From an uncultured delta proteobacterium (GTDB lineage Bacteria > Myxococcota_A > UBA9160 > SMWR01): 64,000 nucleotides of DNA. A program made the translations under genes and the position numbers. How positions within the stretch are numbered: the stretch's first letter is position 1; the number at the start of each line of letters is the position of its first letter. The stretch covers positions 32,001-96,000 of the forward strand of contig CAWHTE010000001.1 in the NCBI GenBank assembly GCA_963832165.1, read 5' to 3'. The notes beneath the pieces were generated by a model. The model was not told where the DNA came from and did no database searches. It saw nothing but the letters and a program-made list of their open reading frames with translations. Shown here one piece after another: positions 49,309-58,961 of the stretch.

Positions 49309-51013
49309 CTATGCGATGGCTCTCGCGCGTGCGCGCTCGAACGCTTCCGCGTACTGGTCCGTGGGATAGGGCTGCACGGCGCGCATCCTTTCGATCTCGG
49401 TGTCGCCCTCTTCGAGCACGCCGTCGGCGGCGTCGACGATCTTCCAGTGCATCGTGGGGCCGAACAGCGGCTGCGACTCGACCATCAGCACGCGCAGCTC
49501 GCCCGGGGCGAACTGGCACTGCGGCTGGATCGCATCGAGCAGCGACTGGTTGTTCAGATGCCCGTCGCCGAAGTTCCAGCCCAGGACCATGCCCGCGAAC
49601 ATCTCGCCGTCGATCCACTCGTAGTCCTCGATGCGATCGACCGCGCGCGGCAGCGCCTCGAGCATCGGCCGGCCCTCGAGGTGCATGAAGCGATGGGCGA
49701 GCGAGAACGAGAGCGCCATGTCGACGAGCTTGGGGTCGGGCAGCATGCGTCCGAGCTGCACGCGCGTCGTGTCCGCGTTCTTCACGAGCTTGTCGAGCTT
49801 GGCGAGCGCGTCCTTGCGGATCAGCCAGACGTTGTAGGCCCAGTTGCCCGCGTAGTAGCGCATCGCGAGCAGGAACGAGACGCGCGACGGCACGAAGTTG
49901 CCGTACAGCGGAATCACGAACATCGAGAACAGCACGAACGCGAGCAGCAGCGGCATCTGGCCGCGTCGCGAGGATGCTGGCCTCCGGGTGGAAGCCGAAC
50001 AGCGCGATGCCGCCGTAGATCATCAGGATGTTCCACTCGATCGGCATGCCGCTCGGGTTGTTGATCGCGATGAAGCCGTGGAAGCCCACCATCACGAACA
50101 GCATCAATCCCGTCACGAGCGGGTCGATGTTCGCCGCGAGCACGAACGGGATCGTCCACTCCGTGAGCGTTCCCATGCGCGCCATCACGACGGCGAATGG
50201 GCCCCGGCCGCAGATCGTCGGGGTACGACACGAACAGCCGCTTCTTGAGCCAGCTCGGGAAGAACGGCCCGTTGTTCATCATCACCTGGATCACCGACGG
50301 GAAGTGGTGATTGACCTTCGAGGTCGCGGCCCAGAACCAGATGAAGCACCAAACGAGCTTGCAGAACGAGATCCACGGGCCGTCGCCGGACAGCGCGACT
50401 GCGATGCACGTGAGCGCCACCCAGTAGTGCTCGGCGCGCGCGGCCAGGAAGAGCGTCTTGTCGCCGATCCCCATCAGCGGGATCAGCACGACGCTCGGCC
50501 AGAGCAGCTCCGCCGTGATCTCGGGCGCGACGAGCGCGCGCAGCAGGAACAGGTGGTTCGCGGCGTAGAGCGCCACGTCGAGCCAGGTGCGCTGGATCCC
50601 GCCGAACAGCGGCAGACCCGGGAGCGGCGACAGCTTGGTCGTGCCCGGGCGCAGGAAGTGGCGGAAGCCACCGAACATCGGCTTGAAGCGCCCGTTCATC
50701 GGGCCCCAGCCGCAGCCGATACCCGTGAGCTCGTAGAAGATCGACCACACCACCGCCTTCTGGAACGCGGTGCCCGTGAACGCCCACTCGAGCGGCGAGG
50801 TGAAGCCGGGGTAGTTGGCGTTGAACATCTGGAACAGCGCCCAGCCGCCGATGTACACGAACAGGTACTTCGTCCAGTAGAGCGCCATCACCGACTTCGG
50901 GGTCGGATTCACCTGGGACGCCCATTGCCGTGCACACGAGCCGGACGCTTCTCGGGGAACGGCGCGGACAGGATGCGGTCGGGGTCGTAGGGGGGGAGGT
51001 CGGTGCTGGTCAT
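49309..51013 (-). CDS. DUF3556 family membrane protein (several frameshifts)
   Basis: FQKAVVWS, LRPGTTKL, FLAARAEHY, SKVNHHFPSV, VSFLLAMRYYAGNW and GWNFGDGHL across frames. Confidence 0.8.
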
Positions 51014-51051
51014 GGGGGTTCGAGGTAGCACCGATCGAGGGTTCCGCGCAC

Positions 51052-51778
51052 TCACGGCGGCGGCATGCCGAGCTCGGCGCGCATGCGGCGGATGTACTCG
51101 AGCGAGCGGCGGCCCGCGGCGGTGTTCTCGGGCGGCAGCACGTGCTTGAGCAGCTGGTCGAGCGGGCCCGGGCCGAAATAGCGGAACCACCACTTGCGCA
51201 CGACCCAGTCGACCGCCGACGCGGCGATCACGGGCGTCCAGATCCAGAAGCCCGTCGCGGTGCCCCAGCTCGACGCGGGCGGGTGGAACGCGAGCCATCC
51301 CGCGGCGACCGCGAGCAGCGCGAAGATGCCCGCGAACACCATCGTCGATTTGCGGCAGTAGGGCGCGATGAAGTCGGGCGCGTACGGGTGCAGGCTGCGC
51401 GCGGCGTCGTAGAAGAGCGAGCCGCCGCCGCGCAGCGAGACGACGAACAGCGCCGCGATCAGCGCCTGGATCGCCGCGGGCACGAGGCGCAGGAACAGCG
51501 CGTCGCCCGTGACCGCCGCGGCCGCCGGAAGCACGAGCAGCGCAGCGCGCTGGTAGATCGGCACGCGCTGCGGCGCGATGCGCTGCCACGCGAGCAGCGA
51601 CGCGAAGCCCAGCACCAGCAATCCGAGCGCCACGCGCGCGCACGCCGAACATTGCGAGCGCGCGCTCGGCCGCGGGCGGATACACGGTGGCGAGCAGCGC
51701 GCCGACGCCGACCGCGGTGACGAGCGCGGGCGGCGGCTTGATGCGCGGGGGCGGGACGAACGACGCAGGCTCAGACAC
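51052..51778 (-). CDS. COG4648/ApeG-like membrane protein (frameshift near 51640)
   Basis: VYPP, LVPAAI, LFVVSLR and YCRKST; located in the cluster. Confidence 0.6.
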
Positions 51779-51792
51779 GCGATTTGCTCTTC

Positions 51793-51871
51793 GTAGGGCG
51801 GGAGAATCCCGCCATGCGGGGCGCACGCAAAAGGCGGGATCCGCTCGCTTCGCTCGCTCCTCCCGCTCTAC
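51793..51871. repeat. REPIN-like inverted REP doublet
   Basis: GTAGGGCGGGAGAATCCCGCC...GGCGGGATCCGCTCGCTTCGCTCGCTCCTCCCGCTCTAC; the right foot supplies the TAG of the upstream gene. Confidence 0.8.
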
Positions 51872-53439
51872 ACAAGCGAGCGCGTCACGAACGAGCGGAG
51901 CGGCCAGTCGCCGCCCGCATCCTCGCCGAGCAGCGCGAGCGCATCGCGGCGCACGAGGTTGAACGTGCGCTCGGCCTGCTCGAGCGTCTCCTTCTGCGAG
52001 CGCGGCAGGCCGATCTGCGGCAGGAAGTCGATGTTCTCGAGCCCGTACGAGAACACGCCGCGGTTGCTGCGGTAGTAGTCGCCCTGCTCGCGCAGCGTCT
52101 CCTCCACGCGGCCGAACAGGCCGCGAAGTTCTCCATCGCGCGCAGCACCAGGTTGCGCAGGCGGAGCTGGCGTCGCAGCCAGCCCTCGTCGAGGTGCAGG
52201 TCGGTCATGAACGGCGCGACCCACAAGTTGTGGTAGGACGCGATGTCGAAATCCCACTTGAGCCGCATCAGCTCGTACGAGCCGATCATTCCGTACAGGC
52301 CGCGGTACAGGCGCATCACCGCCTCGTGGCGGAAGTCGAGGAAGCGGTCGTAGAGGTCGATCCGCTTCGCGAGCGCGTCGGCCGGCTCGCCGTCGGCCTC
52401 GCGCGCGACGATGTCGGTGATGAAGTCGCACTCGAGCGCGACGAAGTCGAGCCCGGGGCTGTAGAGCGGGTCGGTCGCGGTCGCGCCCTCGCCGACGAGC
52501 GCCCAGCGCCCGTGTCCGAGGAAGCGCTTCGTGCCGTAGGCGATCCGCGCGAAGCTGCCGTGATCGATCACCTTCGAGTCGGCGAGGATCTCGCGCAGCG
52601 CGCGGTGCCCGTCGAGGAACGCGCGGAACCCCTCCGGGCTGCGCACGACGCGATCGCGCGCGGGCGTTCCGACCACGCCGACGCTCGTGACCCCGCCGCG
52701 CAGCCGGATCAGCCACACCCAGTAGCCCGGGTTCAGGAAGTGGATCGTCGAGAGCCCGCGCGTGGTGTGGCGCACGCGGCCGTGGAACGTCTCGTCGCTC
52801 GATCCGGTCGACGTCGGCGAGCCCCTCGAAGCGGCCCCACGCCGAGCCGATCAGGTGATGCGGCTCGGGCACGCGCAGGCCGAGCTGGCGCGCGAGCGTG
52901 CCCTGGCGCCCGGCCGCGTCGATCACCCAGCGCGGACGCACGCGCTCGGTGCCCGCGGGTGTCTCGACGGTGAGCTCGTGGCGCTTGCGACCCTCGCCCA
53001 GCGCGATCTCGGTGACGCGCGCGCCGATCCGCACCTCGATGCCCTCGCTGCGGCACATCTCGATGAGGTCCGTCTCGAGCCGCGCGCGGTCGAGCTGGAA
53101 CGCGGCGTGGAACGGCAGGTTGATCGTGCCGAGCTCGCTCATCTCGGTGAGCGGGGTGTTGCGCTTCGGGCCGTCGAAGAAATAGCGGATGCCGTTCTTC
53201 GGCAGGTGATTCTCGTACAGGTACTGCGCGAGCTTCTGGCGGCGCACGAGGTAGTGCGCCGCGATCTCGACGGTCGACTCGCCGACCTTGAACGCTCCCC
53301 CGCCGCCGCCGCGCTCGAACACGGTGATCGAGAGATCCGGCAGGCGCATGCGCAGCTGGCGCGCGAGCAGCGTGCCCGCGATGCCGCCGCCGACGATCGC
53401 GACATCGGGCCCTGCGCTGCGCCTTCGGCGCCGCTTCAC
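51868..53439 (-). CDS. Flavin-dependent halogenase-like oxidoreductase (frameshifts near 52800 and 52125)
   Basis: GGGIAG, FKVGEST, HLPKNG, FQLDR, IDAAGR, WVWLIRL and DPLYSPG. Confidence 0.75.
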   Translation of the reverse strand: MKRRRRRSAGPDVAIVGGGIAGTLLARQLRMRLPDLSITVFERGGGGGAFKVGESTVEIAAHYLVRRQKLAQYLYENHLPKNGIRYFFDGPKRNTPLTEMSELGTINLPFHAAFQLDRARLETDLIEMCRSEGIEVRIGARVTEIALGEGRKRHELTVETPAGTERVRPRWVIDAAGRQGTLARQLGLRVPEPHHLIGSAWGRFEGLADVDRIERRDVPRPRAPHHARALDDPLPEPGLLGVADPAARRGHERRRGRNARARSRRAQPGGVPRVPRRAPRAARDPRRLEGDRSRQLRADRLRHEALPRTRALGARRRGRDRDRPALQPRARLRRARVRLHHRHRRARGRRRAGRRAREADRPLRPLPRLPPRGGDAPVPRPVRNDRLVRADAAQVGFRHRVLPQLVGRAVHDRPAPRRGLAATPAPPAQPGAARDGELRGLFGRVEETLREQGDYYRSNRGVFSYGLENIDFLPQIGLPRSQKETLEQAERTFNLVRRDALALLGEDAGGDWPLRSFVTRSLV

Positions 53440-54158
53440 AGCATCCCTCCGTTCACCGAGATCACCTGTCCCGTAACATAGGACGCACCCTCGGAGAAGA
53501 GAAACGCCACCACGGCCGCGACCTCCTCGGGCCGTCCGAGCCGGCGCATCGGGATCTGCGGCAGGAGCGGCTCCGCGGCTGCAGCGTCGACCATGTCGGT
53601 CTCGATCAGCCCGGGCGCGACGCAGTTCACGGTGATCTCGCGCTTCGCGAGCTCCTGCGCGAGCGACTTCACGGCGCCGATCAGGCCCGCCTTGGACGCG
53701 GCGTAGTTCACCTGCCCGCGGTTGCCGACGATTCCCGCCAGCGACGACATCGCGACGATCCGCCCGCCGTCGTGCGCGCGCACCATCGGCATCACGATCG
53801 GGTGCAGCGTGTTGTAGAACCCGTCGAGGTTCGTGCGCAGCACGCGGTCCCAGTTTTCGCCCGAGAGCGACGGAAACGCCGCGTCCGCGCGGACGCCCGC
53901 GTTGTGGACGGCGCCCCAGAACGGCCCGTGCTCGGCGATCGCGCGCTCGAGCTCGCTGCGGCACGCGTCGCGGTCGGCCACGTCGCAACACAAGAGCGTC
54001 GCTTCGGCGCCGAGCTTGCGCACTTCGTCGGCGACGGCGCGCGCGGCCTCGTGCTGGCTGCGGTAGTGGATCGCCAGCGCGAAGCCCTGCTCGGCGAGCG
54101 CGAGCGCCACCGCGCGCCCGATCCCGCGGCTCGCGCCCGTCACGAGCACGCGCCTCAT
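53436..54158 (-). CDS. fabG: 3-oxoacyl-ACP reductase (ApeQ-like)
   Basis: [20 protein letters not shown] and VISVNGG. Confidence 0.9.
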   Translation of the reverse strand: MRRVLVTGASRGIGRAVALALAEQGFALAIHYRSQHEAARAVADEVRKLGAEATLLCCDVADRDACRSELERAIAEHGPFWGAVHNAGVRADAAFPSLSGENWDRVLRTNLDGFYNTLHPIVMPMVRAHDGGRIVAMSSLAGIVGNRGQVNYAASKAGLIGAVKSLAQELAKREITVNCVAPGLIETDMVDAAAAEPLLPQIPMRRLGRPEEVAAVVAFLFSEGASYVTGQVISVNGGML

Positions 54159-54610
54159 GCCGAGAATCTCGTGTGTCCGGAGAGGCCCGGCAGCACGTTG
54201 AGGCGAGCCTCGGCGAGCAGCTCGCCACCGGGCGCGTCGAACACCGCGCAGTCGAACGCGAGCAGCTCGCGGCGGCCCGCGGCGTGGCGGGCTGTCACCT
54301 CGAGGCGCTGTGCCGGGTCGAAGCCCGCGCAGTGGAACGTGACCCGGCGCGATCCGATCAAGAGCGCCGGCAGCTGCTCTTCGCCCCGCGCGCGCCTGCG
54401 CAGACTGCCGTCGGCGGCCGCGCACTGCGCCATGTACTCGAGCGCGATCCAAACGGGCACGCGGCCGCTGGCGTCGCGAAACAGCGGGCTCTGCGACGGA
54501 TTCACGCCGCAGCGCGTTCCGCCATCGTCGTGCCCGAGCACGCGCTCGAGCAGGCGCATCGCTCCGGCCTGGGGCAGCAGCTCGGCGATCGGCGGAAAGT
54601 CGCTCGTCAT
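54155..54610 (-). CDS. Hotdog-fold dehydratase (ApeP-like)
   Basis: [11 protein letters not shown] and LEYMAQ. Confidence 0.8.
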   Translation of the reverse strand: MTSDFPPIAELLPQAGAMRLLERVLGHDDGGTRCGVNPSQSPLFRDASGRVPVWIALEYMAQCAAADGSLRRRARGEEQLPALLIGSRRVTFHCAGFDPAQRLEVTARHAAGRRELLAFDCAVFDAPGGELLAEARLNVLPGLSGHTRFSA

Positions 54611-55330
54611 GCCCGGCTCCACAGATCCGGCGCGCGCTGCAGCATGCCCCCGATCAGGCGCAGATAGGCCCAGGCCAGGCGCGGATAGTCGCGCGCGAGG
54701 CTGAAGTGGGAGACGCCGTCGGGGGGGTAGATCACGCGCGTCGGCACCGTCGCGATCGGGGTTCCGTGCCACACCAGTCGCACGGCGAACTCGGGCTCGA
54801 AGTCCATCCAATCGCCCGTCTGCGACGATTCGAGCACCGTCGAGCGCGGGTGCGAGCGGCACACCGCGGAATCCGCACAGAGGATCGGGCACCGCGCGCG
54901 AGAGACACGCGAGCCACACCAGCCCGCGCGACAGCTGGCGCGCGTAGATGCGCGCGAGCGGAGCGCTCGCGTCGAACTCGGGCACGCCGAGCACGAGCGC
55001 GTCCGGGTGCGCGCGGATCGCGGCGACGAAGCGCGACACGTCGCCCGTGTCGTGCTGAGCGTCGGCGTCGAGCTGCACCACGTGCGTGAAGCCGCTCGCT
55101 GCGGCGGCGCGGTAGCCGGTCTTGAGCGCGGCTCCCTTGCCGCCGTTGCGCGCGCGCCGGACGACAGTCGTGCTCGCGCGCGCGGCGGTCACGCGCTGCA
55201 ACGCATCGCGCGTGGGCTGCGCGCTGCCGTCGTCGACGATCAGGCACGGAATGTCGGGAGGCAGCCCGGCCACGACCTTCTCGATGGTCGTCGGGTGGTC
55301 GAAGATCGGGATCAGGACGCAGATCTTCAT
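54607..55330 (-). CDS. Glycosyltransferase family 2 (frameshift near 54840)
   Basis: [24 protein letters not shown] and MDFEPE. Confidence 0.85.
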
Positions 55331-57075
55331 CGCCGGCGCTCCAGACGGCCGCGCCCGCTCGCGAACGATCGCTCGGCGCGGTCCGCGTCGCCGAGCGAGA
55401 AGCGGAAGCGGTCCGCGTCCTCGAGCGCGACGCGCAGCACCACCTCCTGTCCCGGCAGCAGCACGTCGTGGAACTTGAGCGCCTCGAGCGACGCGAGTAC
55501 GGGCGCCTCGCCGAGCAGCTCTTCGAGCGCCTGCATCGCGAAGTGCACCTGCACCGCCCCGGCGACCATGGGCGCGCCCGGGAAGTGTCCGTCGAGATGG
55601 GCCAGATCCCACGGGATGCGCAGGCGCATCTCGATCGCGTCGTCGGCGCGAGCGGTCGCGAGCAGCTCGGGCGCATCGGGCGGGGCGTCCGTGGCGAACA
55701 GCGCGCGCAGTGCTTCCTGGGTCACCTTGCCCTGCGCGTTGGTCGGCAACGCCGCCACGAAGCGCCACGCGCGCGGCACGAGCACGCGCTCGAAGTACGC
55801 GGCCAGATGCTCGGACAGCGCCTTCGCGAGCGCGCGGCGTCCGTCGGACGCCACCGCGTCCCAGGCCGTGGCCGACGGCACCACGACCGCCGCCACGCGC
55901 GGCTCGAGGGCCAGCAGCACCGCGTCCTGCACGCTCGCGTGCGCGCGCAGCCGCTCCTCCATGTCGGGCAGTGAGAGGCGCTTCTCGCCGACCTTGATCA
56001 CGCGGTCCGCGCGTCCGAGCAGATGAAACTCTCCGGTGTCGGTGAAGGACGCGCGGTCGCCGGTCACGAAGCGTTCGCGGCCGGTCGTGGCGGATTCGCC
56101 TGCGCTCACGAATGGCGATGTGATCGCGAGGCAGTCCGTCGCGGGATCGATGTCCGCCTCGACGCCGGGCATGAGCTGCCACGCTTCGTCGCCGCGCCGC
56201 TGCTGGCGCACCGCGGCGCCGCCCGTCTCCGTCGATCCGTACACCTCGATCGGCGCGTCGCCGAGCGTCTCGGCGGCGCGCAGCGCGAGGTCGGTCGCGA
56301 GCGGTCCTCCCGACGAGAAGATCGCGCGGCAGCTCGCGCGCCGCCGCGATAGCTCTCCGCGCTCCACGAGATGGCGCAGCGTGACCGGCGTCGTCACCAC
56401 GGCGAACGGTACGTCGCCGCTCGAGTGTGGCGCGAGCTCCTCGGGGTGCAGCACCGCGCTGCGCAGGAACGGCCGGCCGCTCGCGAGCGGCCACAACACG
56501 CGGAACAGCAGGCCGTAGAGGTGCTGGGGCGCGACGGTCGCGAGGATCCGCGCGTCGGGGCCGAGCTGCGCCGCGAAGCGCTGCTCGAGCACCGCGACCT
56601 CGTCCTCGAGGTGGCGCACCGCCTTCTCGATGCGCCGGCCCTCGCCGGTCGTGCCCGACGTGAACAGCACCGCGAGCGGCGCGTCGCGATCGAGTCGCAC
56701 CGGGGGCTGCGCACCAGCCGCGCCCGCGGCCTCGAGCGGGTGCCAGCACGGCAGATCGGAGAGCGCGTCGGGGGGATCTCCGTCGAACAACGCGCCGTGC
56801 ACCTTCTGCGCGAGCTCGCGCAGCATCGCGGGCTGACGCGACGGTGCGAGCACCGCGCGGGCGCCCGTGTGCGCGATCGCGAGCAGCCCGACGGCGAATG
56901 CGTAGACGTCGTCGCAGTGCAGCAGGAGATCTCTGCCCTGGGCGGGCGACAGGCGCGCCGCGAGCGCGGCCACGTCGCGCCGCAGGTCCGCGTCGCTGCG
57001 CTCGCCCTCGCGGCCGAACGCCACGAGCCGGTCGCCGCGCGGCTCCGCCGCGAACCAATGCGAGAGGCCGAGCAC
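55327..57075 (-). CDS. AMP-dependent acyl-ACP synthetase fused to a C-terminal dehydratase (ApeH+ApeI-like)
   Basis: FTSGTTG, YGSTETGG, GRADRVIK and GKV; then DGHFPG and LKFH. Confidence 0.85.
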   Translation of the reverse strand: MLGLSHWFAAEPRGDRLVAFGREGERSDADLRRDVAALAARLSPAQGRDLLLHCDDVYAFAVGLLAIAHTGARAVLAPSRQPAMLRELAQKVHGALFDGDPPDALSDLPCWHPLEAAGAAGAQPPVRLDRDAPLAVLFTSGTTGEGRRIEKAVRHLEDEVAVLEQRFAAQLGPDARILATVAPQHLYGLLFRVLWPLASGRPFLRSAVLHPEELAPHSSGDVPFAVVTTPVTLRHLVERGELSRRRASCRAIFSSGGPLATDLALRAAETLGDAPIEVYGSTETGGAAVRQQRRGDEAWQLMPGVEADIDPATDCLAITSPFVSAGESATTGRERFVTGDRASFTDTGEFHLLGRADRVIKVGEKRLSLPDMEERLRAHASVQDAVLLALEPRVAAVVVPSATAWDAVASDGRRALAKALSEHLAAYFERVLVPRAWRFVAALPTNAQGKVTQEALRALFATDAPPDAPELLATARADDAIEMRLRIPWDLAHLDGHFPGAPMVAGAVQVHFAMQALEELLGEAPVLASLEALKFHDVLLPGQEVVLRVALEDADRFRFSLGDADRAERSFASGRGRLERRR

Positions 57076-57085
57076 GGCTACTCGC

Positions 57086-57373
57086 CTAAGCGTTCGCGCG
57101 GTCGGCCCCTGCGCGCTGGTCGGCCACGAACGCCGCGAGGCTCGAGACGGAAGCGAAGATTCTCTGGTTGCGCTCCGGATCGTCTTCGATCGCGACGCCG
57201 TAGCGCTCCTCGAGCGCCATGGCGAGCTCGAGTGCGTCGATCGAATCGAGTCCGAGCCCTTCGACGAAGAGCGGAGCGTCGGTCTCGATCTCCTCGGGCT
57301 GAACGTCTTCGAGCGCGAGCGCTTCGACGATCAGCTTCTTGATCTCGGCCTCGAGCCCACTAGCAGATGCCAC
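57086..57373 (-). CDS. Acyl carrier protein
   Basis: GLGLDSIDALEL. Confidence 0.92.
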   Translation of the reverse strand: MASASGLEAEIKKLIVEALALEDVQPEEIETDAPLFVEGLGLDSIDALELAMALEERYGVAIEDDPERNQRIFASVSSLAAFVADQRAGADRANA

Positions 57374-58214
57374 GGTCCCACCTCTTCTCGAAATAGTCCT
57401 GGAGTGCGGCGGTCAGGCGCCGGGCGCCGGCTGACATCGATTCGCCCTCGCGCAGATGATCGGCGGGATGGATCGGGTCCCCCACCTCCACGCGCCATAC
57501 CGGACACCGCTCGGGGACATCGGCGAACGCCTGTCCCTTCATCAGCGTGCGAGGGTGTACGCTGATCACGACCGGCACGATGTCACATCCCGCGAGCAGC
57601 GCAATCTGCGCGGCGCCGCGTTCGAAGGCGCGCAGGCCCTCGGGCGGCGTGCGCGAGCCCTCGGGATACACCACGAGGTTTCGCCCCGCGCGCAGGCGCT
57701 CGATCGCGTGGCGCACCATCACCGGACCGCGCTCGGCGCGCAGATAGCCCGCCCCCTCGACGCAGCGGCGCAGGAACGGGTTGTCGCCCCAGTCCGCGTT
57801 CACGATCAGATCGGCCTGGGGCATCACGCTGAGCAGGATCGGTGTGTCGATCAGCGAGGGATGGTTGGCCACCACGACGACCGGGCCCCTGCGAAGCGCC
57901 TCACCGCCGTGCACCGAGACGCGCGCCACGCCGCACGCATGGCTGAAGCGTACCCAGAGCCCCATCCCGCGATGGATCGCGTACTGCGCGCGCAGGTCGG
58001 TGCCGTGGCCTCGACCGCGCAGTCGCGCGGCGAGGCGTTGCAGTGGCAGCACGATGAACCCGAGCGCGAGCGTGTCGAGCGCGAAGGTCGCGAAGCCGAG
58101 CGCCCGCAGCGCGACCCGCCACGGCCGGAACGGCGCGGCCGGGGTCGCTCGCACGTTGGCCGACTTCGCATTTTCCTGAATCACTGTGGCCACTTGTGCG
58201 CGCAAGTCTATCAC
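57360..58214 (-). CDS. Lysophospholipid acyltransferase (ApeD-like)
   Basis: ANHPSLID and YPEGSRT. Confidence 0.9.
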   Translation of the reverse strand: MIDLRAQVATVIQENAKSANVRATPAAPFRPWRVALRALGFATFALDTLALGFIVLPLQRLAARLRGRGHGTDLRAQYAIHRGMGLWVRFSHACGVARVSVHGGEALRRGPVVVVANHPSLIDTPILLSVMPQADLIVNADWGDNPFLRRCVEGAGYLRAERGPVMVRHAIERLRAGRNLVVYPEGSRTPPEGLRAFERGAAQIALLAGCDIVPVVISVHPRTLMKGQAFADVPERCPVWRVEVGDPIHPADHLREGESMSAGARRLTAALQDYFEKRWDRGIC

Positions 58215-58331
58215 CCGGCGAATCGCGGTCGCAATCGAATACGGCCGGGCGCCGCACTGTCGCCGCGTTAGAATCCGCCCGTTTTGCGGCGATCTCCGGC
58301 CTCACACCGACGGTATCGATCGCGGGGCGCC

Positions 58332-58961
58332 GTGCGGATCGCGGCGCTGTGCGCGGGAGTGCTGCTCGCGCTGCCGGCGTCGGGCGAGCCGCCCGCGACG
58401 CTCGAGGCGCTGATGCAGGGCATGGCCGGGGCGCCGGGCGTGGTGGCCCGCTTCCGCGAGCAGAAGCAGCTCGCGCTGCTCTCCGAGCCGCTCGAATCGC
58501 GCGGCACGCTCTACTTCGTGCCGCCGAATCGGCTCAGCCGCGAGACGAGCGAGCCCAGCCAGACGCGGCTCGTGATCGACGGGGACCGCTTCTTCTTCCG
58601 GGACGCCGCCGGGAGCGAGGCGATGGATCTCTCCGCGAGCCCGATTGCGCGCGCGTACGTCAGCAACTTCATCGTGCTGTTCAACGGAGATCTCGCGGCG
58701 CTGCGCCAGCGCTACGAGCCACGCTTCACCGCCGACGCGAAGGGCTGGACGCTCGAGCTCGTGCCGCGCGCAAAGCGGCTGCGCGAGTTCATCGAGCGCG
58801 TGACGCTCGTGGGTCACGCGCGCACGCTCGACCGGATGGAGCTCGTCGAGGTGGGCGGCGACCGCACGACCACATGGTTCGAGGCGGTGCGCACCGATCG
58901 CGCGTTCAGCGACGAGGAGCTCGCGCAGATCTTTCGGAAGCCGTCCGCTCCCGTGCAATGA
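58332..58961 (+). CDS. LolA-like carrier protein (ApeL-like)
   Basis: Signal peptide; FREQKQLALLSEPLESRG, WTLELVP and GDRT. Confidence 0.85.
   Translation: MRIAALCAGVLLALPASGEPPATLEALMQGMAGAPGVVARFREQKQLALLSEPLESRGTLYFVPPNRLSRETSEPSQTRLVIDGDRFFFRDAAGSEAMDLSASPIARAYVSNFIVLFNGDLAALRQRYEPRFTADAKGWTLELVPRAKRLREFIERVTLVGHARTLDRMELVEVGGDRTTTWFEAVRTDRAFSDEELAQIFRKPSAPVQ

Noticed and set aside
54155..57058. 967-aa ORF suggesting a glycosyltransferase-dehydratase fusion
   Set aside because: A frameshift near 54840 removes the GT stop at 54607; the ATGA overlap shows separate genes.
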